53,266 nucleotides of DNA from a virus (Duplodnaviria > Caudoviricetes): positions 1-53,266 of IMG/VR virus record IMGVR_UViG_3300032307_000452; one strand, written 5' to 3'. Positions 18,024-27,600 of this stretch are shown piece by piece; position 1 is the first letter of the stretch, and each line of letters begins with the position of its first letter. Below the pieces are notes generated by a model. It was not told where the DNA came from. It saw only the letters and a program-made list of their open reading frames with translations, and did not search any database. Made by a program: the position numbers and the translations under genes.

Positions 18024-19171
18024 TATAAGAATTTTTCTAATTCTTTGATTACCATTTCAGATGTAATACTTTTAGTACACTCAAATTGCCTTTCAGTACC
18101 TTTATGGTCAGGACACCAATTCCAATCACCAGGATCCAATCTAAGTCTATTAAAGCAACCTTCACATTTTCCTTTTGGTGCAGCGATTCTTATACAATCT
18201 TGCATTTCAGCCCAATCGTATGAGAATCCACTAATCAATACAGTTGGAACATTTAATCCCCAACTTAACCAACTCAATCCACTACCAATACCAATAAATG
18301 CTTTTGATTTTAGCATTTCATCCATAACTAATTCCAATGGTCCATTTGGATGTTTTATAATACCTGTTGGTAATTTATTACCCATATAGTTATCACCCTC
18401 TTTAGATAATAATTTTACTGTATATCCTCTATTGTTTAACCAATCAACAACATCTTGCCACCCATTTGGATTATTCCAAAATTTAGATTGTGCAGTACCA
18501 TGAATTCCAATACATACTTGTTTATAATTTGGGTCTATAAATGGTGCTCTTTCTTTTAGTTTAGGTTTTATTTCTTTATACTCCAATCCTAAAATATCGG
18601 AACACATTTTTTGCATAGTTTGTGTTTTCGGGTCTATTGGATTTTTATAAATGTTAATTGTATTATCTTCATTATAAAATAAACCTATTGCATACATTGC
18701 ATATAAGTTTTCTACATTTGTGCCAGGAGATACAAATTCTATATCTGGATATCTACTTTCAAACATAGAATTCATAAAAGTAGAAACAACCATTTTACAA
18801 TTATGAACTTTTCCAAATTCTTCAACGTATGGTATCCATGCTAAACTATCTCCCAATGCTTTTGAATCTAATGCAACATAAACTCTTTTATTTTCAGGAT
18901 TATATAAATGTTCAAACCAAAGTTTTCCGTTTTCATATATTTCAATCTTCCATTCTATAAAATATTCTAAACTACATTTAGTCCACATATTATTACATAT
19001 AGAAGTGTTATATAGAATTCTTCCGTTTTTATTATTTATAAATTTAACAACATATTCTGCTTGTCTATTTCCTTTAATTTCAACAAAAGCACCTCTTACA
19101 AAATGAAAATAAACTTTATTATCAATTTCAAATTTATTATTTATATTTTTAATTAAATTATCGTAAATCAT
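18023..19171 (-). CDS. Aah/TibC-family (BAHT) protein O-heptosyltransferase
   Basis: N-terminal beta domain FHFVRGAFVEI, catalytic ALGDSLAW, VCIGIHGTAQSKFWNNPNGW, FIGIGSGLSWLSW, VLISGFS, and iron-finger CEGC-x13-C-x11-C (WCPDHKGTERQFECTKSIT). ATG at 19171 overlaps the upstream TAA (TAATG). Confidence 0.9.
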   Translation of the reverse strand: MIYDNLIKNINNKFEIDNKVYFHFVRGAFVEIKGNRQAEYVVKFINNKNGRILYNTSICNNMWTKCSLEYFIEWKIEIYENGKLWFEHLYNPENKRVYVALDSKALGDSLAWIPYVEEFGKVHNCKMVVSTFMNSMFESRYPDIEFVSPGTNVENLYAMYAIGLFYNEDNTINIYKNPIDPKTQTMQKMCSDILGLEYKEIKPKLKERAPFIDPNYKQVCIGIHGTAQSKFWNNPNGWQDVVDWLNNRGYTVKLLSKEGDNYMGNKLPTGIIKHPNGPLELVMDEMLKSKAFIGIGSGLSWLSWGLNVPTVLISGFSYDWAEMQDCIRIAAPKGKCEGCFNRLRLDPGDWNWCPDHKGTERQFECTKSITSEMVIKELEKFL

Positions 19172-21342
19172 TAATTCCAAGTTTTAACTGTTAAATCCAA
19201 TAGTGAGTATCCTTCTGCCTGTTTACTATACATTTTATTTGTAGTATATCGTTTCATAGGATGGTGATAGAATACATGATTAAACCAAAGGTCACCAACA
19301 TCCCAACCACAATCGTTCAATCGGTCCATCCACCATCCTTTAGTTCGGTTTGGTATTAGATAACAATGTGCAAGGTCTTGATTGTGTGCAGTTTGTGAAA
19401 ATAACTCATCAACTTTTATTTTTTCTCTTGATGGGTTATCTGCTAATGAAATAAAATACACATCATCTCTTTCTGATATGAAACATGCTTTGTGTACTAT
19501 ATTAACAAACTCCTCTAAACCAGTGTAAATAAATGCATCAGCTTCGAATATTAAAGTGTAATCATAATTTTCTTCATCTATGGTTTCTAATGCATTTCTA
19601 TGTGCCAAATAACATCCATAATGTCTACCAGTCATCCAACCCAAACCAGCACCAGGGTATAATTCACCTGGTTTATTATCTTTACTAATATGTTCAGGTC
19701 TTCTACAATTTTCAGCAGGTGCTAATCCTTCATAAACCTCATTTACAATTGGTTGATAATCTATTCCGTATTTTGATAATTGTTGTAATGATTGTATAGA
19801 AACCCTTTCCCTCATATCATCAGGTCTAGTCAGCATGTGTTTTACTTGTATTCTTGGTTTTTTTCTTACAAATGAACGAAACCCTTGCTGAAATTGTCCA
19901 TAAAAATATTCGTTTGCTGCTCTCGTAACTCCTTCAAATACACCATAATCATCACCACTAATAATACCACCCGGCTTTACTTTATTATACCAAACTTGCA
20001 AGTCTTCCATTAAGGCATCGTATGAATGCCCAGCATCAATCATAATAAAATCAATACTACTATTTGTAAAATTATTAGATGCGTTTTTGGATGTATCTTT
20101 TATTGTATTAAATTTATTATAGTTATCAGATAATACTGTGTTATCTACGAACTCATAAAATATATCACCATTAAAAGTATTAACTATATTTTGATGTAAT
20201 TGTTCATCATCAGTCCCTTTCCACGTATCAATAGATGTGAAATTAATATCCTTACCAGATTCTTTTATTTTTGTTGCTAAATGATTTGTAGATTTACCAA
20301 ACCATGCCCCAACTTCTACAAATGTTTCACCACCAACTGCCGAATCAACTACATTATTATATAATTCAGAATACGCAAACCAACCAGGTATTTCGTTAAA
20401 TTCAGGTTGTAACTTCTCTAAAATAATTCTTTTAGTTAATTTCAAATCATCATCTATATAAGTAACTAATTCATTATTATCGTATGTATCTAAATAAGTG
20501 TGTAATTTTCTGAATATAGATGGTAGTTTGTAACTCAATGCTTCTTTAACTGATAATGGATTTAATTCTAACTTAGAACTAAAATAAAACATATCACTTG
20601 CTGCATAAAACGTATCTACATCATTTCGTTCACCCCATATAATACAATTATCAGGTTTGAATTCCATCAATGGTTTCCAATAGTTTTCAAAGTTCATAGC
20701 TTGGTTTCCCACAAAATGAAATTTAATTTTATATTTTTCCAATTGCCTAGCTATTTGAAATATTTCAGCTTGATTCTTACCAGGTGAAAATAATCCAACC
20801 ATCAATATATGTTTCCAATCGGATTCAAACCCTAATTCAGTTTTAGCCAATTGCTTATCAAATTCATATTCTTCTATTGGATATTCCCATATTTGAGTTT
20901 CAATTCCCAATGTATCAAATCTTTGCTTACTCCATTCGGATACTAATACATATCTATCAGGATGATATACTATTTCGGATGGATTTGTAAACGAACCATG
21001 TGTTGATGCTACTATAAAATAGTTTCTATCTTTTGAAAATAATTTTTCAACTATATCAATTGGTAAGTCAAATTCAGGTATTTCTTGAAAGTGAATAATA
21101 TTTGGTTGAAATGTTCTAATAACATCAAATATTGCACGTTTGTTATCACCTAAAGTATGAACAGGTACTAATGATTTAATTCTATTTTTTTGAACTACAT
21201 ACGCATCTCCACCACTATTATTTATTTCAACAACTTCTATTTCAAAATCGTTTATAAAGTGTTTTATTTGTTTGTATGTGTATTGTGGTTGTCCGCCCGT
21301 AGAAAGATGTGGACAGACATAAAGTAACTTTTTCTTTGCCAT
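19171..21342 (-). CDS. GT-B (GT4-like) glycosyltransferase / class I SAM methyltransferase / GT25-like fusion
   Basis: PHLSTGGQPQY...GKNQ...ELNPLSVKEAL (GT4-like); FVEVGAWFGKST...IDAGHSY...KPGGIISGDDY (Methyltransf_24-like); YGCYLAH...IFEADA...AHCYLI (GT25-like). ATG at 21342. Confidence 0.8.
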   Translation of the reverse strand: MAKKKLLYVCPHLSTGGQPQYTYKQIKHFINDFEIEVVEINNSGGDAYVVQKNRIKSLVPVHTLGDNKRAIFDVIRTFQPNIIHFQEIPEFDLPIDIVEKLFSKDRNYFIVASTHGSFTNPSEIVYHPDRYVLVSEWSKQRFDTLGIETQIWEYPIEEYEFDKQLAKTELGFESDWKHILMVGLFSPGKNQAEIFQIARQLEKYKIKFHFVGNQAMNFENYWKPLMEFKPDNCIIWGERNDVDTFYAASDMFYFSSKLELNPLSVKEALSYKLPSIFRKLHTYLDTYDNNELVTYIDDDLKLTKRIILEKLQPEFNEIPGWFAYSELYNNVVDSAVGGETFVEVGAWFGKSTNHLATKIKESGKDINFTSIDTWKGTDDEQLHQNIVNTFNGDIFYEFVDNTVLSDNYNKFNTIKDTSKNASNNFTNSSIDFIMIDAGHSYDALMEDLQVWYNKVKPGGIISGDDYGVFEGVTRAANEYFYGQFQQGFRSFVRKKPRIQVKHMLTRPDDMRERVSIQSLQQLSKYGIDYQPIVNEVYEGLAPAENCRRPEHISKDNKPGELYPGAGLGWMTGRHYGCYLAHRNALETIDEENYDYTLIFEADAFIYTGLEEFVNIVHKACFISERDDVYFISLADNPSREKIKVDELFSQTAHNQDLAHCYLIPNRTKGWWMDRLNDCGWDVGDLWFNHVFYHHPMKRYTTNKMYSKQAEGYSLLDLTVKTWN

Positions 21343-21349
21343 ATTGTAA

Positions 21350-21381
21350 CAAATATACGAATTTATTTTTGAATTACCAAA
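21350..21381 (-). promoter_or_regulatory. Bacteroidota sigma70-type promoter for the glycosylation cassette
   Basis: TTTG-N20-TATATTTG (-33/-7 consensus TTTG / TAnnTTTG). Confidence 0.75.
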
Positions 21382-21382
21382 T

Positions 21383-21640
21383 TTATTTTTGATAAACCAC
21401 TGTACCCTCAACCAAATCAATTTCTCCGTTTGGATATTTTTGATTTAAATCCGCTAATATTGAATTTAATTCTTTATTTGCAGTAGAGTATTCAGATTCA
21501 ACAACTGCTATAATTTTTTTTATTTCAGCTATATCTAAATTCAATTGCCCAGCATTTACAATTAATTCGTTTTTGCGATTATTAAGTTCTTTTATTTTAG
21601 ATAAAACGCTTTCTTCTAATTTTTCGGTTTGTAATTCCAT
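21383..21640 (-). CDS. Small coiled-coil protein (paralog of 16470..16859), possible fibre-associated chaperone
   Basis: Contains LNQKYPNGEIDLVEGTVVYQK. ATG at 21640. Follows the tail fibre gene. Confidence 0.75.
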   Translation of the reverse strand: MELQTEKLEESVLSKIKELNNRKNELIVNAGQLNLDIAEIKKIIAVVESEYSTANKELNSILADLNQKYPNGEIDLVEGTVVYQK

Positions 21641-21664
21641 AATTTTATTATTTATTGTTTGTAT

Positions 21665-21672
21665 ATAAATAT
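21665..21672 (-). promoter_or_regulatory. Putative late promoter core ATATTTAT
   Basis: Recurrent intergenic octamer. Confidence 0.55.
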
Positions 21673-21680
21673 ATAAAAAT

Positions 21681-24600
21681 TTATAAAGAACCACTTATTT
21701 GTGCTTCTAATTGGTTTACTTTTTGAGATAATTCTTGCACAGCTTTCCACAATACAAATACTAATTCGGTTTTAGCAATACCAGATGTCATCCATTGTTT
21801 AGGTCCTTCTGGATTCTCTGGGTCTTCGAACCAATCATAATCTACGAATTCTTCAAATCCACCTGCTTCTAATTCTTCCGCAATTATACCTATTTGTTGA
21901 GGTCTTACTTCCGCATCCTTATCTACTTTCCAATAATAAGTTCGTATTGGTACATTATTTATACAATCTAATACAGATGGATGTTCCCAATTTTCAATTT
22001 CTTCCTTATATCTTCTTGCTGAAGTATTTCTACCCACCCTCCAAGTAGATAATGATATTTCCATACCTCTAATAGTACCACCACCAGGACCACTAACATT
22101 TGTTAATATAACAGCCGGTCTAAGTCCACCATCATTATAGGTTGTTATGTAACCAGGGCTACCAGTTGCAGTATTCCAAGAAAATTGACCCGTACCCATC
22201 TCAATATTATTACCATTGGTTACAAGCTTACCTGCTCCACTTGCAATATCAATAGCAGTACCTCCAGATGTTCCTGTTAATTGTATTGTGGTATTTGCTG
22301 TATCACCTTCTAGTGTAATAAATCCTTTTCCATTTAAAATTGGTATAGATGCAGAGTCCTCTCTCCTTAATCTAATAAATCTATTTTGTGATGTTGCTAT
22401 CTGAATACCTTTATTTGTTAATTCAACAACGTTTACGTTTGTAGCTGCTACAATTGCCGGAGTTGGTATGTATGCGTTTACAGCGAAAGAATATCCAGAC
22501 CCTAAGCTATATTGATATCCCTGAATTTTTACAAATAATTTAAAAACATAATCAGTAGCTGATGGATTTGGTGCACTAAATTGGAAGCTTCCTACATATC
22601 CATAAAAATTTGCATAACTTTCATCGAACCCACCATTCCAATAATCTGCAGCTACTGTAACCTCTTGTAGTATAGTTGTGGAAGTAGAATCATAAATTCG
22701 GTAACCCCAATAAATGTTTGCATATCCTTCTGCATTAAATGCTTGTATAACAGAATAAACGGATGGCCAAGAAACAGAAGAATCGGTATATGTACCAGCC
22801 GATACGTTGATTGTTTGACCTGAACTTTCCCATACTTCATCCAACGCATTTGGTAGAGATGGAGATGAATCATACGCAGATACAGCATCACTACTAAGGT
22901 TTATACCCGTTCCAGCCAAATCCGTTAATTCACCGAAGTTTACTTTAAGACGAGTTTCTCCACTTTCTCTAATTGCTATACCAGGAAGTGATGGGTCAAG
23001 GAAAATTCTACTACTAGCATCTCTAAGAATATTATTTTCAACAGTCCAACTACCAATAGAACCACCAGTTGCGTTAATTTGTCCAGATATAGTTGCATTA
23101 GAAACAACTAAACCACTAGCACCCAATGAAAAGTTAGGTCCTATTAAACTACCAGTTCCGTTTGCATCAGCTGTCAGAGAAATAGCAACAGCCGGACTTG
23201 TTCCAACCGTTACCGTATCGGTAAATGTACCAGTTGCTGCGGATATATTTCCTGCAAATGAACCATTAGCACCACTTATATCTCCCTTAAAGAATGCATT
23301 ACCAGATGTGTCTATGTAGAAATTTTTAGAGTGTATAGAACCTACTGCAGCTAATGTAATACCAGCTCCAGCATTAAAGCCTGAAGTATTTTTTGTACCA
23401 CTATAAATTGCATCACCTGCCAATTCCCAACCCCCAACAGTTCCATCATTGTGGTCATCTCCATTATCAAATGCACCAATCTTACCACCATCTCTAGCAG
23501 TTGCTACGTTTTTAATTCGTATGTTACCAGCAATTTCTAAAGCAGAACCATCCCACTTAAGATATCTATCACCTCCAGTATTTACAATAGAAAATCTACC
23601 AGTTGTACCACTTGCACCAGCTTCATATATTCCTAAGAAAATACCAGGTCTTTCATACCCAATAACAGCTCCACCAGGATTCAATGTTGTACCAGATGTA
23701 CCAGATGTTCCTACCGTTGCACTTTGTCCGATTGCAATATATGGGTCAGGTCTACCACCAGAAATTACAATGTTTGCAAATGCCCCAGTTCCATCTTTTG
23801 TACCAACATTAATTGTATTTTTAACATAAGACTCTTCAAATATTGCAATTTTAGCTGCTACGAAGAATTCTTGGTCACCTAAATATTCCCACCAATCATT
23901 AGTACCATCAACAGTTGGAGCATGGTAGTTTACTAACACACCATTTTGGTCATAAGTTGCAGGACCTGAACCACTAATTGCTGCATAATATTTTACAGTA
24001 TCTTGTGTTGCTAAATAAGTAACCGCATCTCTACGATTATTAGTAGTTTCAACTTGCCCTATATAATTAATAGTAGGGCTCCATTCACCTCTCATCACAA
24101 TACCAGGTCCAACTGCTCCTTCAAATTGAACTGATAAAGATTGTGTTTTAAAGAAAGTTTGTCTACCTTCACAATTTATCGCATATACTATTTCAGCTGT
24201 TGTGTTTGTTTCAGGATCATCCCATGCGGTAATACCAGGCATTGATGCAGGTGAGCCGGTTAATTTACTTCCTACAATTATATTATCATTATCTAAATGT
24301 ACATAATTTGGTTTTGATGTTACCTCTACTTGATATTGATATTCATAAGATGAACTACCATACGCATCTATTTGTACACCAGTAAATCCAGAAGGTTTAT
24401 TTGTTAATTCATAAGTACCTCTATATGCTCTTATTATATTTGAAGTAGTTCCCAATTCAACTTCACCAGACACTCTATATACAACAGATGAATTTTCATT
24501 TTGCATCTTAACATCATAAGGAGCAGGTTCGGTAAATTGAACTGCAAATGATTGTGTTATAAATTGAGTTTGTCTACTTGGAGGTCTACTAATAAAATCC

Positions 24601-27600
24601 GTTGCTACTTGATTTGAATAACCTTCGAAATCAATTTTATACACAATCTCACCTGTTTTATTAATAGCTGGTTTCTCCCAACCACTAATATCAGCCATAC
24701 CAGCAGGAGTTGTTGTTACTCTATTAGTTGGTAATGAAATCCAAGGTGATTTATAAAAAATAGATGCAGATGAATATCCTAAAATACCAATTAAGTTTTG
24801 TAAATAATCATAATCCGTATCTTGTGGTGCTGGATAATTTCCTGTTGTTACATTTATTAAAGATGTTGTACCTTTATATGTTGGTAATTTAATAGATGTT
24901 CCAGACAAATCAGTATCAAACAATTCTGCTTTAATCGATGTATTTTCATTTGTTGCTGCTATTTTATATGCATCAGCTCCAGCTTTAATACCGGCAATCG
25001 TTAATTGTCCTTCTGCTCTATATGGATTTAAAATAGAAGATGTATATGGATTACCATCGGTTATTTTTACTTTCCAAGTTTTATTTTCTTCAGGACCAGC
25101 AGCATCGGTACCTGGTATAAAGAATACTTTTTCAGTTATACCAGCTCCTTCAAAATAAGGTCCATCGTATAATGTTTCAGAACCATCAGTATCAACAAAA
25201 AATAAACTAAACCATGCAGAACCTGTTGTGTTAAATGCAGTTGCTTTTAATTCAACATCTCCTTCAGGTGAAACTCTATACCCATCCCTATCATAATTTA
25301 TTGTATATGGATTAGCTTTTAATTCTACAGTTCTAGCATTAGGTACTGATACATTCTTTGTAAACGTTTGAGTACGTGTATAGATAGATGATGTATATTC
25401 ATGCCCACTTCCTAATGCAAATGGATAAACTTGAATTGTATATACTGCACTTGCTGATACATACGGATAATCAAATCTATTGTAATTTATAGTTGCCGTA
25501 CTTAATGAAGATGACGAAAGTGAACCAGTTCTTATATTCCAAATAGAACCACCTCTAGTTTCAATTGAATTAATTCTCCAAGTACCAGGTGCTATCGATT
25601 GGGTTGTAAATCTTAAAAAATCTTCCCCTTCTTTTACTTGTATTGTTGTATTAGTTGGTGCATATCCCACAGGTGTTACAAATCCAACCTCATCCGCAGT
25701 TAATGTTGCATTTTGAGGTGTTATTAATATTTGAATTGGTGGAGGTCCTTCTAATACTTTAGTATAGTTTACAATTACACTTGCTGTATAAATCGAAGAT
25801 GTGTAATATGGATGAATAATTAATGGATACTCAATACTTCCACTCAAATCTGTCATATTTGATGAAGCACTTACGATTAATGATGCTGTGTATGGCGTTC
25901 CAAAGGATGATGTAAAATGTACATTACCTGCTTTAACTCTATTTTCTATTATTGAAGATGTTGCTATATAGAATGTACCATGTGTATCTAAATTATCCAA
26001 AACACCAGCACTAGAACTAAATGCTAAATACCTTGAACCCTGCTTTAATTTAATATCAGTTATAGATGGTACATAATCATTAACAATACCTCTTGAATTT
26101 GCACCTAAAGTTACAGCTATTGGATTTACTTCAAATACGATACTTTCATCACCTTGCTTACCTTCAGGAACAATTGTAAATGTTTTATCAATAGTAACCG
26201 ATGCCGATGTCCAAGGTTCAGTATATGTAAATGCTAATGTTAAAGTTTTAGTTTGATTTAAAGCACTTCGTACATTACCACTTATTACTTGTGATGGTAT
26301 TATATTTTTATTTTCATCAGTTGCAGAAACAGTTATGGTTGGATGTAAACTTTGTGTGTGATAATACATCCAATATTCAGGAACCCAATCTTTGTTGATT
26401 GACATTGATGGATATACCTGAAATGATGCTGTTACGGATTCGATTTCAGATGCCGCCGTTCCTCTTTTTGCAAAAGATGCCGTAGCAAATGCAAATGATG
26501 GTCTAAATGTTTTTTCTGTTCTTGGATTAATTGTGAATGAATCTACATTATATGTTATAATACCACTATCCAATCCATCCTGCAAATCTTCTAATATAAT
26601 AGATGCTACAACAGAGCCTGATGTTAAGTATGCAGGTCCACTTGCTGCAGATTGTGATGAAATCAAATATATTGTTCTTCTAAAATCAATCGAATCTCTA
26701 TTAAAAGTTGCGTTATAATTTATTTCCCCACTACCCAACGAACCAGTACTTAATCCATATATGTATCTACTTGATGATGCGTATTCTAAGTTTACAAACT
26801 TCTCAGCTCCATCTGCTGAGCGTGATATGATATGTAGTTGCTTATCAGGCCAACCCTTTTCAGGTTTTGTTGTACTACTTAATTCGATATCGTTTACACC
26901 ATCTATGCGAACTGCTTGTAATTCTAATGAAGCAGTACTACTATTTCTAATTTGAGTTCCTCTATAAGGTCTAATCAAATAGTTTACACCACCAAACCCA
27001 TCCAATACTCTACTGAATATTATTGTATCTGTAAAGCCTTCAACTTCACCAGTAATTTTAATTAATTGTACAGTCTTATCAGTTCTTGAACCTGTAAAGT
27101 TACCAACTGTCATTGTTGGTGCATCGGATGTAATATCACTAAGTAAGCCCGGATATCTTTGACCTGTAAATGATGCAGTATAATCAGAGCCAGATAATTC
27201 ATTTCCATCAAAATCAAAAGATTGAGATGTATATGTTACAGAACCAGTTAATAAATTTTTTGTTACTGTAAATCCTACCACAGTTGGTGGAACAGGTTGA
27301 GAACCAGAATCAAATTGAAATTGTAAAGAACGAGGAGTAAATACCAATCCTTTTTGTATTCTTTGTATATTACCTCCATTAAATGTTTTACTTTCTTCAA
27401 CTAAAACCGGAATGTAATTATTATTTATATCATAAAATTCAAATCTATAATCAAAAGTTTCTTCTGGTAAAGTTCTTGGAACAGTCTGAATAAATGTAAT
27501 TTCATCAGGTGAATATGCTGTTTCTTGTGAAGCTCTTAAACTAACATCCGATATATACCAATCGTTACCTTTAACTTCAAAATATAATTTTGTATTGTTA

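Noticed and set aside
19169-19180. Frameshift or broken fusion between the GT fusion and the heptosyltransferase
   Set aside because: The junction is a TAATG stop-start overlap, also seen at 7602, 18023, 45844, 48319 and 51895. This is ordinary translational coupling.
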